From Octopus vulgaris (taxonomy: Eukaryota): 64,000 nt of DNA. The notes under the pieces are model-generated. The model saw only the letters and a list, made by a program, of their open reading frames with translations. It made no database searches and was not told the origin of the DNA. The stretch lies in NCBI GenBank assembly GCA_951406725.2, contig OX597835.1, positions 22,940,001 to 23,004,000 of the forward strand, given 5' to 3'. Position numbers and translations under genes: made by a program. Every line of letters starts with the position of its first letter. Positions within the stretch are counted from its first letter, which is position 1. Shown here in pieces: positions 1 to 13,743 of the stretch.

Positions 1-90
1 GACATTGCCACCTAGTCCAACATGTTGTTTTACATCTTATATGTCAACATGTGTTAATGTTTTCTCATGTAGTCTTCTAAATTCTTGCAG

Positions 91-260
91 GACGTGAACT
101 TGATGGAATCTATTTTGCAATGACATTCTTGTCAACCTGGCAAAAGATTCAAGAATCCAACAGTTCTGACCAAAGTACGATTTCTGCCAAAGACAAGACT
201 GTTTTGGTGATTGGTGGTGGAGACACTGGTGTGGACTGCATCGGAACATCCCTGCGACAG
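91..260 (+). CDS. GLT1: NADH-dependent glutamate synthase, internal exon (GltD-like beta region)
   Basis: ttgcag acceptor, gtattt donor; reads (G)RELDGIYFAMTFL...KDKTVLVIGGGDTGVDCIGTSLRQ with the GGGDTG dinucleotide-binding motif of glutamate synthase; phase 1 to 0. Upstream exons lie outside the window. Confidence 0.95.
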
Positions 261-1002
261 GTATTTCTAACTCCTTGATCCTATATTTCTTTCTCCCGCC
301 TCTTGAGAGACTGCTACTCTGTTCACCATAGTGAACCTTTCTGATATTTTGACATAGGTGCAGGCTAAGCTGTATGCCTGTGAAGCAAATTTATGAGGCA
401 CATAACCAAGTGTGCCCCTTTCTCCCTCTCCCTGCTGTGTTTGTTCTGATCGACTCCCTCCATGTACCTCCTAACAACAATGTAAACTTCATTTAATGAA
501 GATACCCTCGACCTGAAGAGTTCCCCCTGCGGTATACACCTCGCCTGGATATTTACCACTTCCGAGGTTCCGCTCTCTATGAAACATTTATGGCCCAGAT
601 TGTATCTATTCCATTCCTTAACTCTTGGATTTTTATTCATATACCTGGCAACCCTGGCTGCCTACTCTCTCTCTCTTTACTCTTTTACTTGTTTCAGTCA
701 TTTGACTGTGGCCATGCTGGAGCATCGCCTTTAGTCAAGCAAATCAACCCCAGGACTTATTCTATTGGTCTCTTTTGCCAAACCGCTAAACATACCAGCA
801 TCGGTTGCCAAGTGATGTGGGGGGTGGGACAAACATATACACATGTGTATGTTTATATATATCTGATGTGTATCTTTTACCCATATGTAGAATAGGAGAA
901 GTTGTCCAGTTCTTAACGTGCCACAGCCAACAGGGGTGATTCATCTTTGTACTTATTATTGAACATACGGAAATAAATGACTGACATTTCTATTTTTTTC
1001 AG

Positions 1003-1170
1003 GGAGCAAAGAGCGTGATAAACTTTGAAATCTTGCCCCCTCCACCACCATCTCGAGCTGATGATAATCCTTGGCCTCTCTGGCCAAAAGTCTTCAGAGT
1101 TGACTACGGCCATGCTGAGGTTGCTCACAGATTTGGCCATGATCCCAGGATATTCAATATTCTGAGTAAG
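1003..1170 (+). CDS. GLT1: Glutamate synthase internal exon
   Basis: ttttcag/gtaagt; 168 nt, [56 protein letters not shown], typical NPWPxWP..FRVDYGH motif; in phase with neighbours. Confidence 0.95.
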
Positions 1171-1558
1171 GTAAGTAAAACATACAATGACTGCTGCAGT
1201 CTATTATTATAGTTCTCCTTAGCTTCTGCACCGTGTGTGTGCGTGTATGTAGTAATGTGAGTGTGTGTGTGTGTGTGTGTAATACACACTGCTACTGTTC
1301 GTGATCATAGCAGCTTTTATTAACTTCTGGACTGTGTATGCGTGTATTGTGTATATATAGTATTGTGCAAATATAGTGATGTATGTGTAACAACCTAGTC
1401 TTTCTTATGATCAAAGTTGACTTTTATCACATTCAAGGTCAAGAAAGGACTACTAATAAAAAGATATTTAACAAAAAAAGACAACAAAATAACAAAGAGA
1501 ATTTTGAAATAAAAATAAAATAAAATTTTATTATTTATTTAAATTTTCCTTTTTCTAG

Positions 1559-1661
1559 GAATTTCTGGATGATGGCAATGGAAATGTGCGTGGTGTTCGG
1601 ACTGTCCAGGTTGAGTGGAAGAAAGATGAAAATGGACGGTACCAGATGGCTGAATTACCAG
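1559..1661 (+). CDS. GLT1: Glutamate synthase internal exon
   Basis: ttctag/gtaacc; 103 nt, EFLDDGNGNVRGVRTVQVEWKKDENGRYQMAELP; phase 0 to 1. Confidence 0.93.
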
Positions 1662-1789
1662 GTAACCATGATGAATACACTGTACACCTACGGTTTACTG
1701 TCTGATGGGTAGTAAAAATAGTGATTTTTGTTGGGAGTAGAAATACATGGTATATGTCGGGCTGTGAAAATAGTATTAGTATGGAGATC

Positions 1790-1966
1790 ACCATGATCAC
1801 TGTGACCGACCAGGCCATCAGATATCGCAATTCATTTCTACAGCTGAGTGAACTGGAACTGTGAAATAAAGGGTCTTGCTCAAGAACACAACACACTCCT
1901 CTCTGGGAATTGAACTCACTACCTTGTGATTGTGAGCCCAATGCTCTAACCACTGAACCATGTGCT
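1790..1966 (-). mobile_element. tRNA-derived SINE with V-like domain
   Basis: tRNA head plus gtgttcttgagcaagaccctttatttcac; relatives at 19645-19870, 23950-24270, 46860-47035 (-). Confidence 0.7.
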
Positions 1967-2264
1967 AAAGGGTTAAAGACTTGTCGTGTTTTCTCTATCT
2001 AAATCCATCGATCCTGTTAGAAACTAGAGGTTTTGATGAAATGTTGTTAGTTCAGTATAAAAAACAGATCATAAAAATATAACTCCTCTGTGACCTCTGA
2101 TGGAATTTACTGATTCACTGTAATGATTATTGGTGTTCATTGTGAATGTGGTTTTTGTTTTACCAGTTGTCCTATCACTTTCACTTACCCAATCTAATAG
2201 ATTGAATACAGTTAAGTTGATGGCATACATATTTTCTTATGTATTTGCAAGATATCATTTCCTG

Positions 2265-2714
2265 GATTTTATCAATTTATCGTGACGTACATTTGCCATT
2301 TAAATATGGCTAACCCCTAAGGGTGGATGCTACTGTAGTTTGTAGCCCCAGGAGGACACCTCCTCCAGCTGGCCATAGACACACTTTCTGTGCCCTATCA
2401 GTGTTTGCAAAGGGAAGCCATCCTTCCCGTCTTCAACTTATGATACACACGGACTCGAGTTTCTGGGTATTGACCCCTCAGAAACTCGAGTCCGTGTGTA
2501 TCATAAGTTGAAGACGGGAAGGATGGCTTCCCTTTGCAAACACTGATAGGGCACAGAAAGTGTGTCTATGGCCAGCTGGAGGAAGTGTCCTCCTGGGGCT
2601 ACAAACTACAGTAGCATCCACCCTTAGGAATTAGCCATATTTAAATGGCAAATGTACGTCACGATGTGTTGTAGCTACTGTTTATAACTCGCTCTGAGAT
2701 TTATTATATCATTT
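2265..2714. mobile_element. Fold-back (palindromic) Penelope-like insertion with hammerhead remnant
   Basis: Near-perfect inverted arms 2279-2464 / 2479-2665; GAAACTCGAGTC (hammerhead 3' core, palindromic stem III, GUC) at 2481-2492; flanking direct repeat tatcatttcctg at 2253-2264 and 2715-2726. Confidence 0.75.
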
Positions 2715-3079
2715 TATCATTTCCTGTTAAATCATTAAATGATGAAATTATTAATAAATAATATCACTGAATTCTAACTCACTACTTGAGTCAGTTCACT
2801 GTTATTATGCTTGAAAATGGAAGGAAGAAACAAATTCTGAGAAATTTATTTGACAAAATGTCAAAAATTAACATACATGCCAGAAGTTCTTTCTAAAATG
2901 AGGCTGAACTTTGTTTCTCACACAGAAGAGTGCTTAGTTCCAGTTTTTGACATGACAAATAGTAACACTATTTCAATAGTTGATTCATATGGTTAAGGAT
3001 TTGGCAACAAGTGCAGATATATGGTATTTATCAATTTATCAATACCTCTTGACAATCTGTGATATTGATTTTTTTCCAG

Positions 3080-3247
3080 AAACTGAGAAGGTATATGAAT
3101 GTGACCTAGTGATTATTGCCATGGGTTTTCTGGGACCAGAAAAAGACATTCTCAATGAACTGGAAATAAAACTTGATCCCAGAGGCAACTGCGAAACTCC
3201 CAAAAATAAATACTCCACAAATATCCCTGGTGTTTATGCAGCTGGAG
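3080..3247 (+). CDS. GLT1: Glutamate synthase internal exon
   Basis: ttccag/gtaagt; 168 nt, (E)TEKVYECDLVIIAMGFLGPE...YSTNIPGVYAAG; phase 1 to 1. Confidence 0.95.
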
Positions 3248-3939
3248 GTAAGTAAATACACCTTTTTTTTTACCTTTATGTTAAATTTGGATTTATTTTT
3301 ATTTCTGACCTGTGTAGTTGGACTTACATACTGAACCAAATGTTTTTTTTTATATTTTATTGTGAAGGTCACAGGCACTGCCTTCCCATTGACAAATTTA
3401 TTAAAAAGGGACCCCCTTAATTTTATTACTGGGGAAAACAGATATAGCCACTTAAAATTTCACTACCTTTAGTAGCAGAATGAAGGTTTATTTACCAATC
3501 TATCTTTTGTTAAAGAATGTCATGTTTGAAACTATTTTTTGTTAAGATATGTCAAGTTTATTGAGGTACTGTGACTTTCAGAAAATACCAATTCTAATTT
3601 TTTGGTAGATATTTAACATCACTACTGGAATAATCACCTTCTTAGATGTAAATATTGTTTTTATTTCTAAAAAAAAGAAAATGAGTTTTAATTAGTGTGA
3701 AAGCATTATAATTGTTAATAATTAATTTCAGAGACATAAAGGTAGCAAGCTGGTAGAATTATATATACACACATCAGACAAAATGCTTAGTGGCATTTCT
3801 TCCAGTTCTTTATCTTTTGAATTGAAATTCTGTCAAGGATGTTTGCCCTTTGTCCTTTCTAGATTGATAAAATAAGTACTATTTCCTCTTTCCATCAAAA
3901 ATTGCTGGCTTTGTGCCAAAAGTATTATTATTATTATTA

Positions 3940-4230
3940 TTATTACTTCTGCCTTTGTCTGTGGACAAGATATCTCAAGAACCGCTGGATGGATTCAGAT
4001 GACACTTTCAGGGATGTTTGGCCTCATGACTGGCACAAACTGATTAGATTTTGGGATCGATCCGGTAGCAGACAAGGATTCTAGATTATTTTTTCGTTTT
4101 TTCAACTTAATTTTTAAGAGCAGACTAGTTTATTTCAGATATTTTCATTTTAAAAATCACCTCTGGCTAGTCATTGAGAGGACGTTGGTGTTGCCTTGGC
4201 AGAGGTTTGCACTCTCTGAGTGCTCTTGTT
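3940..4230 (+). mobile_element. Helentron-associated (HINE-like) element
   Basis: Subterminal IR acttctgcc / ggcagaggt, 3' hairpin gcactc-tct-gagtgc, then tcttgtt. Confidence 0.6.
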
Positions 4231-4231
4231 A

Positions 4232-4755
4232 TTATTATTCATATACACACAACAGATTAGACTGATGGAAAAGAAAAAATCCTAACATTGGGCTACAACA
4301 AGTAACCTTAGATGCTAAGAACCCTCTTAAGTATCCCAGCTGTCCCTAATAACACTGTTCTCTGCAGCTGTACTAAACTGGGTTTTATGCCTATTTCCTT
4401 TATCCATCTGTTCAGATCTTTAGGGATAGTACCCAATGTAACTATAACTACTGGGATACATTTTACCCACACTTTCCATAGTCCCTGTAATTCAATGGCT
4501 AGATCCTGGTACTTTGCAATTTTTTCTATTCTTCTCGTATTGATTTTTTTTTTTTTCATCATTTACGACTGTAAGGTCAATTATCTAGCACTTTCTATTC
4601 CCTTTCTCTACAACTACTAAATCAGGTTTTCTAGCTTCTATTATTCTATCAGTCTGAATGTTAAAATCCCACAACATCTTGCATTTCTTACTTTCTAGGA
4701 CTCTACTAGGTTCGTGTTCATGTATTTCTTACTTTCTAGTACTTTATTGGGTTCA
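4232..4755 (-). mobile_element. 3' fragment of a restriction-like-endonuclease LINE (R4/Dong-like)
   Basis: EKIAKYQDLAIELQGLWKVWVKCIPVVIVTLGTIPK...LQRTVLLGTAGILKRVL-stop, preceded by a K.LWDFNIQTDRII..RKPDL-like segment; flanked by (TAA)n. Confidence 0.8.
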
Positions 4756-6022
4756 TTATTATTATAATTATCATTGAAGGTGGCGAGCTGGCAGAAACGT
4801 TAGCAAGCCAGGCGAAATGCTTAGCAGTATTTCGTCTATCTTCATGTTCTCAGTTCAATTTCTGCCAAGGTCGACTTTGCCTTTCATCCTTTCAGTGTAG
4901 ATAAATTAAGTACCAGTTACGTACTGGGGAGGTCAATCTAATCGACTATCTCCCTCCCCCAAAATTTCAGGCCTTGTGCCTAGAATAGAAAAGATTATTA
5001 TTATTATTATTATAATTAAGGTGAGCTGGCTGAATTGTGAGCACACTGGGCAAAATGCTTAGTGGTATTTCATCTGTTGCTATGTTCTGAGTTCAAATTC
5101 TGCCGAGGTCGACTTCGCCTTTCATTTTTTTGGGGTCAATAAAATAAGTACAACTGGAGCACTGGGGTATATGATCGACTAATCCCTTCCCCCAAAATTT
5201 GTGTCTATAGTAGAAAGGATTATTATTATTATTTGTAGGCGTAGGAGTGGCTGTGTGGTAAGTAGCTTGCTTACGAACCACATGGTTCCAGGTTCAGTTC
5301 CATTGCGTGGCACCTTGGGCAAGTGTCTTCTACTATAGCCTTGGGCCAACATCGCTTGACAACCAATACTGGTGTGCTTACGTCCCCATAACTTAGCGGT
5401 TCGGCAAAAGAGACCAATAGAATAAGTACTAGGCTTACAAAGAATAAGTCCTGGGGTCAATTTGCTTAACTAAAAGGTGGTGCTCTAGCATAGCCACAGT
5501 CAAATGACTAAAACAATTAAAAGAGTAAAAGAGTAAAAGAAAAAAAAAGAGTGTATGGAAAAATGGGATGAGCTGGCAGAATCATTAGCATGCCAGGCAT
5601 TTTGTCTGCCTTTATGTTCTGAGTTCAAATTCCACCGAGGCTGACTTTGTCATTCACCCTTTCAGGGTTAATAAAATAAGTACCAGTTACCCCTCCCCTA
5701 AAATTGATGGCCTTGAGCTAAAATTTGAAACCATTATTATATGCCTGACGAGTTAGAAGAATCATTAATGTGTTGGACAAAATGTTTGGCAACATTTCTT
5801 CTGACATTTTATGTTCTAAGCCCAAATTCCACCAAGGTCAACTGTATCTTCCATCCTGTCAAAATTTATAAAAGAAGCACCAGTTGAACACAAGGGAGGG
5901 GGTGAGGTCGATGTAATCAATTTTCCCCACCTCTCTGCAAAATTTGCAGGCCTTGTGCCAAATTTAGAAATAATTAATTTCAGCCATTTAAATAAATGTG
6001 GGTTTGCTTAATTTTCTTTCAG

Positions 6023-6189
6023 ATTGTCGTCGTGGTCAGTCCCTGGTGGTGTGGGCAATACACGAAGGCAGACAAGCAGCACGACAGATAGATAAGGACC
6101 TGACGGGCATCATGTCGCTACCGGGCCCAGGAGGAGTGGTGCAGTTAGTCATAGACACACCTTTGATGAACGGTGTTACAGTGAGCTGA
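6023..6189 (+). CDS. GLT1: Glutamate synthase terminal coding exon
   Basis: ttttctttcag acceptor; (D)[23 protein letters not shown]...TVS-stop, the conserved [15 protein letters not shown]-terminal motif. Confidence 0.95.
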
Positions 6190-6669
6190 GGATGGATGGA
6201 GAAGCCACTGACCCCCTGAAACCAGACCTTGATTCTTGGCCTGAAGCAATCTTTAAGTGTTTCTGGATGTTTTGGTGATGTGTTGTGCTCATAGCAAAAA
6301 GAAGAAGAAAAAATAACAAAGAAAAATAACAAAAAAAAAACCCAAAAACAAATCAGAAGACAAATAACCATTGTTGCTTGGTGATGGGTTAAGTGTTTGT
6401 TATATGTTTAATTATGTTAATATTTTAGGGATTGATGGTTGCTGTTGTTGCTATTGTAGTTGTAAAACAAATAAAATTTACATCGTTGACAGTTGAAGCA
6501 TAAAATGAAATTTCACTCTGAGAATTATTCCCCCGCCTCTTCCCCATACCAGTTCCGGTATGCTGCCTTTTATACACAAGCGGTGTACCATGGTACAGGT
6601 ACAACATCGATTTTTCGGGAACTTTTGTTTCTGGAACCGTTTCCGGATTACTGATTTTTTTTTTCAAAC

Positions 6670-6850
6670 GTTTTTGTCGTGACCCATTTTATTTATCTCA
6701 TGACTCACTAAAGGGTCGGGACCCACAGTTTGAAAAACACTGGTTTATATTCTGCACTTTGCACCCACTTGCATTTCTTTTCTTTCTTTCCTTCTTTTCT
6801 GTCATGACCAACTAAAGGGTTGAGACCCTCAGTTCGAAAAACGCTGCTCT
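6670..6850. mobile_element. Two hAT-like (Charlie-type) terminal fragments
   Basis: gggtcgggacccacagtttgaaaaacactg and a second degenerate copy ending gaaaaacgctg. Confidence 0.5.
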
Positions 6851-8377
6851 AAATTATACAAATAATCTAATTACAGACGGCAGCAAGCTGGCAGAATCGT
6901 TACCATGCCAGGTAAAATGCTTAACAGCATTTCGTCCGTCTTTACATTCTGAGTTCAAATTCCACCATGGTTAACTTTGCCTTTCGTCCTTTCAAGGTCA
7001 ATAAAATAATCGATCAGCTTGTCCCTCCCCCAAAATTGCTGGCCATGTGCCCTAATTTGAAACTAATAATTAAATAAATGAAATAAAGTTATTTGTACAA
7101 ATCTCTTAATACTGAACTGTGCAAGATACCAGTATAAACTAGTCTGGTAGCTGGAGGAATTTGAAGTTCCCACTTGTAAATTAGTGCAGATTTTAAAAGG
7201 ATCTGGACCGTTCAGATCCAAAAAGTTGGTGTTGTACCTGTACACAGAACCAGAGTGTGGTGAGCAGAGTGACGAGGTAAACTGGGAAATTGTTTTACAA
7301 AGTAATTACTTCATTTGTTTATGATTCATTATGTAATTGACTGTGTTTTAAATCTCTGGTGTGGGAAATACGATACAGACGGCAGTGAGCTTCATTTCAC
7401 ACACACTTTGAAACTCATATGCACACACATGTGAGAGAGAAAGAGAAGTGTAATATATACATGGCTAGAGAGACAGGGTGTATTGAAAATTAGAATTAAG
7501 TAAACATCAATATTACTTTGAGAGATTAAACAATCTATGCGTTTAAGTGCTACTCTGTTTATTTACACACGCACACACACACACATATGTATATGTAACA
7601 AAGCCATCATAAACCAAGACCTATAAGAGCCAGAACTTAAATAAAAGACAACTTAGAGTCATCTCTCTCTATATAAACATAAGAGACTATCTAAGACTAT
7701 GTATATGTATATATATATGTGTGTATATATATAAATATATATAAATATAGATGTATAAATGTATATATATGTACAAATATATATATATATGTATAAATAT
7801 AATAATAATATTAGGGAGTATAACTCCAAACTTACAGGGGAAAATTCAATTTAGTATTAAATCAAATTTCACAATATAAATTGTTTGTTTTTTGTTTTTG
7901 TTTTTCCAGTTTCAGCTCTTGAGCTGTGGCCATGCTGGGGCACCGCCATTGTGGTGAAAGAGTACAGCAGGGATCACCACCCCCTGCCGGAGCCTCGTAG
8001 AGCTTTTAGGTGTTTTCGCTCAATAAACACACACAACGCCCGGTCTGAGAATCGAAACCGCGATCCTGCGACCGCGAGTCCGCTGCCCTAACCACTAGGC
8101 CATTGCGCCTCTACTAAATATATAAATTAGAGAAATATATATGTATAAATATTAATATACTTAATTGGTTTCACACTTATATGATTTTCAAAAGTGTAAG
8201 TTTTAAGGTATAGAGAGCTGTGTCACATACTGTATCATTTCTAATTTCATATATATATATATATATATATGAATTTATAAATAAGGATAATATTGATATT
8301 TAAATATCGATATTATCAAGTGGCCAGCATGGGAAAAAATACCATACAAAGGTAATAATTTTTTACAACTAAAAATA

Positions 8378-8578
8378 AGGGTGTCTGAGAAATACCACCA
8401 TGCCGAAATAGCAGTCAAATCCCTGACTCTAAAAGATATTACATCTTTTTGCTAGTCTATTTTGTCCCTCTATCTTATCTCATGGTGCGATATGAACATT
8501 TAAGGTGGTTCTTAGAGTCAGGGATTTGACTGCTATTTCGGCATGGTGGTGTCTCTCAGACACCCTTATTTTTAGTTA
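8378..8578. repeat. Inverted repeat, about 65-bp arms with 70-bp spacer
   Basis: aactaaaaataagggtgtctgaga...ccctgactctaa / ttagagtcaggg...tctcagacacccttatttttagtt. Confidence 0.8.
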
Positions 8579-9005
8579 TATATATATATATATATACAAT
8601 AGTAAAATATAATCTCAAAATAAACACACAGATGTAGTGTTTAATCTGGCAATGATGAATTATCTCAGTTAAACCATCATTCTCATGATTCCTTGTTGCC
8701 AACAGCAAAAACTGGAATTCAACAATGAAAACGAAACACACTCTATCCGTACTTCATTCTTAAGAGTTATTTCTAGAAACATTATCAGACTTAAGAACAA
8801 TACTGTCTCAAACTAATTATAAAGGACTAATTAAGAAATGTGGAAAATCTGTAATAAAAAAGTTAAACATGGTTCATTAGCCATAGCTTTAAAAATAATG
8901 TTTGAAAGGAAAGCTGGTCTCCATGTCTATCGACACACAAACACGCATGTGTGTGTATAAAATCATGTGTAAAATTGAGACTCAAACATTATATTGGTAG
9001 CAATG

Positions 9006-9045
<40 letters not shown>

Positions 9046-9949
9046 TTATATTTACATACAGATATGTGCTTATGTACATCTGTCATAATACATACACATT
9101 AATATAAATAGAATTTATACACATGAGCTAAAGAAGGAACCTCTATCTGTCCAATTAAGCTGATAGAAATAGAAGCCAAATACTCAATGAACCACAGAAC
9201 CACAATTAATAAAAAAGAAAAAGAAAGAAAGGATGCACTGGATAAAGGAATCTTAGAAAACCAAAAAACACCTGACAAAAGGTCTGATGGATCAATGGCC
9301 CAGGGCTAAATAGCAGCCACAATATACAAGCCAGTGATTTCTCTTAAAGGGTGTGTTAAATGTTTTAGTAAGTCTGAACATTGTTGCTATAAAACATACA
9401 TATATACACTAACACATCAATAATGCTATTCAAACACACACACAAATTAGAAAATGTTGAAATATCTAAAAATAGTGAAATAAATTCAATATTCATTTCC
9501 TGCTCTACACCATGTTGTATACTCCACTTGCTACTCATATATATGTATGTATGTATGCATAAATATGTATGTATATATGCATAAATAAATATATATATAT
9601 ATGTATGTATAAATAAATATGTATGTATGTATAAATATATATGTATGTATGTATGACTATTTAAATATATATGTATGTGTGTATGTATAAATATATATGT
9701 ATATATAAATATATATATGTATTTATGTATGAATATTTAAATATATATGTATGTGTGTATGTATAAATATATATATAGATATTTATGTATATATATAAAA
9801 TATTAGAAAAAACCCACCTTTTATCAATTCAAAATGAATAATTAAATTACACCATCTAGAAAATTACATATAATAGAAAAGTGAAAATTGAAATAACAAT
9901 AAAAAGTAAAGATTAAGTAGATTACAAAAATAATAAAAATGTATATAAT

Positions 9950-10040
9950 CGGTAGAAAAACGTGTTTCGCTGCTATATTTAAGAAGTGATTATAGTAGTA
10001 AAGAAATCACTTCCATATAAATATAGTCGCTCATCAGGTT
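9950..10040 (-). ncRNA. Hammerhead-like motif with long stem II
   Basis: Minus strand: CTGATGA gcgactatattta...taaatatagcagc GAAA cacg TT; extended stem II pairs, stem I partner absent. Confidence 0.5.
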
Positions 10041-10083
10041 AAAAATAAAATAGAACAATAAAATAATTAATTAATAAATATAC

Positions 10084-10121
<38 letters not shown>

Positions 10122-10640
10122 GAAAATCCTAAATATATATATGTATAAATATATATATGTATCAATATATATATATGTATAAATAAATATATATATAGAT
10201 ATGTATGTATATATAAATATATATATGTATAAATATATAAAAATTAGAAAAAAAACACCTTTTATCAATTAATGATGATGATGATGATGATGTATAAATA
10301 TATAAAAATTTATACATAAATATATATATAAATATATGTGTATAAATATAGATATAAATATGTGTGTATATATATATATATGTGTGTGTATAAATATAGA
10401 TATATAAATATATGTATAAATATAGATATATAATATAAATGTATATGTATAAATATATATATATATGTACAAATATATATATATGTATAAATATAATAAT
10501 AATATTAGGGAGTATAACTCCAAACTTACAGAGAAAAATTCAATTTAGTATTAAATCAAATTTCACAATATAAATATATAATATATAAATTAGAGAAATA
10601 TATATATGTATAAATATTTATATATATATATATATGTGTG

Positions 10641-10676
<36 letters not shown>

Positions 10677-12084
10677 GTATTGACTGAGACAATGACCAGA
10701 CTGATTCTCTGAAATATATCTTTGTCCTAAGTACATAGAGCAATGCATGTCATCTCTCTTTCTCTCTCTCTCATTATCACGTGTGAGCTTTGTGTGTGCC
10801 ATTGATGAGCATCAACCAAGACAGTTTTTGGCAGTTACTCAGTATAATCTACTGATTATGTAACATCACTGCATTGAGTATTGGGCAGAAGATGAGCTTG
10901 TGATCCTATATTAAATTTTGGACCAATGTGTCTATACTAAATATTGACCTAGATGTATTGTCATTGTACTTGAGGCAAGTACTGAGCTGTGACCAGCTTT
11001 TCTCTCATCATATAGTCTTTCTTAAGATTGTTCTTTAAAATGTTAGCTTGCTCAGGGTACACCTTTTCCGTCCTAGCTCAGGGAAGGGTTGGTGAAATCC
11101 TGCGCCTCTGTCCAGTAAATGTCGGTCTTTCACAGTAATGAATCATAATGCTAAACTTTTGAGATTAGTATACGGGTAGAAATTTATGTTTGATCTTGCT
11201 TTCTTATTGTGTTAGTGAGAAAATAAACTGCAGACCCATGTGCGACTAGACTACATGTGTATATGGGTGTGCATGTATCCTTGCGAATGTCTCTGTATTT
11301 ACGTGTTCCTGTCCATAAAGCTGACATACTTTCCCTTTTATCACTTAATACTAAAGAAAAAGGAAATTATTTTTCAAAGAATTTTTAACCGTTTTTTTTT
11401 TTGTTGTTTTTGTTTTTATTTGTTTTTATTTTTATTTTTTGAAATGAAATTTTTAAAGCTTTCCTTTTGTAAATTTTTACCAGCCACCTTGCTGATTTTT
11501 TGTCTTTTTTTTTTGTTATTTTTTTTTGTTAACTGACTTATCAACGAAATTCTTTTTCTTTTTCTAAAGTTTTATTTACTTCAATGTGTACTCTTTATAT
11601 CATGTACTCTTTATATTATGTACTCCTGGAGTAAAGCTTTGTTGATTTTGTTGTTGCTTACATCCCGTGTTGTTGCTATTAGTTCAAATCCCAAGAGGGT
11701 CGTTTTTATCACCCTGGGGCTCGTTAAAACAAAGAACAAGTCCAATACTGGACATTAATTGAGCATAATATCTTTTCTTGTAAATTTCTGGCCTTGCACT
11801 AGTAAAAGATCATTATCATCATTATTATTATTATTATCCTTATCGTTAATGTTATTAAAAATAAAGGCAGTAGATTGCCAGAATTGCTAAAGTGTTGGAC
11901 AAAAAATGCTTTGGAGTATGTACTCTTGTTATTGATGATACAAGTTCATATCTCAAGCATGGTTGACTTTGCCTTTCATCCTTTCAAGGGATGATAAATT
12001 ACCAGTCTGGAACTGGGTTTGGTTTAATCAGCTAAGCCCATCCCAAATTTCAGTCCTTGCCTATGTTAAAAAAAAAAAATATTA

Positions 12085-12118
<34 letters not shown>

Positions 12119-13743
12119 GGTGGTGAGCTGGCAAAATCGTTAGCAGACCAGGCAAAATGCTGAGTGGCATTTCGTCCACCTTTGCGTTCTGAGTTCTAAT
12201 TCCGCCAAGGTTGACTCTGCCTTTCATCCTTTCGGGGCTGATAAAATAAGTACCAGTTGAGTACTGGGGTTGATATAATCGACTTACTCCCTCCCCAAAA
12301 ATTTCAAAATTTGAAACCATTATTACTATTATTATAATAATAATAATAATAATTATTATTATTATTATTATTATTATGGCAACTGGTCTCCAGCAAGTTC
12401 TTAACATCAAAGAGGCAAGTTGGTTTCAATTCTCAATAGTAACCATTTTGACTCTACACCGAATCACTTCTTTAGAAAGACATCAATGTCGTTTCTTCTT
12501 GCTTTTCCCCCTCTTCCCTCTCCCTTATAAGCTCTGGATTACTTTGTGCCTATGTAAAGAAAATCATTTGTGATTATCATATTTTGTATATGGAATACCA
12601 ACTGTCTTGATAAATATACATTCATACGTGCGTATATAAAATTTGCTCTGTCAAACGCAAGGTAATAAAAATGGTTGTGAAAAATGAACAACAACAGGAA
12701 CCAACAACGGAAGTATTTCTATCAATAATGTATTATATTTGAGTAAAGGACCAGATGTGAGTGTAATGGCAGCTTAATAAACACCAAATAAAACATTCAA
12801 CAGATTATAAATATTTGACTTGAGTATATACACGTGTGTATACATTTGTGTGTGTGTGTGTGTGTGTTATAACTAATGTGGCTTTGTTTTTTTTTCCTCT
12901 GCCAAACATGACATGAAGATGCTCAATATATACTCATTGAAAGTCTGGTAGAGCATCTTATATATATATATTGTGACTGTGGTTAGGTCCCTACCTTGAT
13001 TTTGTGTTTGTTGTGAAAACAACAAAGACAAAAGTCTATGAAAAGCCACTAGATCCAAATACCTGGATACTAGTGTCAACCATGGTCCAGAATTATGGGA
13101 TATATATAATAATATGTAATATCACGCATACCCGCTAATTTATTTCTTCAGGACAAGTATAAATCCTAGTCAAATTAACAGTATCAGTACTGTAATAGCA
13201 GGGTAAATAAGAGTTTGTTTATTTCCCCTTCTTTTTATACCTAAATCAAATGCTACAATTCTAGTTTACTGTGGGCTAAACCAGAGCTCATTGTGGAATT
13301 CTTCAGACAGAAACTATGCAGAAGCCAGATGTATGCATGCTTGTACGTATGTGTGTGTATGAGTGTATATGTACACACAAACACACACATACATACATAC
13401 ATATATATATATATATACATGCATACATACATACATACATACACAGACACACACATATTAGTAATGAACTGAAACTAGTACTCAACACTGAATGGGTGAA
13501 TAAATAATTCCATTTAAAAGAATTGTTTTACCTTTCCAGCACCATTGGTTTCTTGTGTGGATCTTTCAATCAAATAACTAGTGAGATACGATCCATTCTT
13601 CAAATTCTGGTTGCATAACTGGAAATTTTCACAAGAAACCAACAGTACGGGAAAAATAACACAAATGTATTAAGAATTTTATATATATATATATATATAT
13701 ATAGGAATAAAACATTTTTGGTTATGTACAGAATAAGTATATT

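Noticed and set aside
4232-5970. R4/Dong-like LINE as mobiliser of the adjacent ATT-tailed SINEs
   Set aside because: No shared 3' end seen and tail polarity differs (AAT versus ATT).
8378-8578. Hammerhead in this inverted repeat
   Set aside because: ctgaga...gaaatagcagtc does not give a proper core or stems, and lies at the outer ends rather than the axis.
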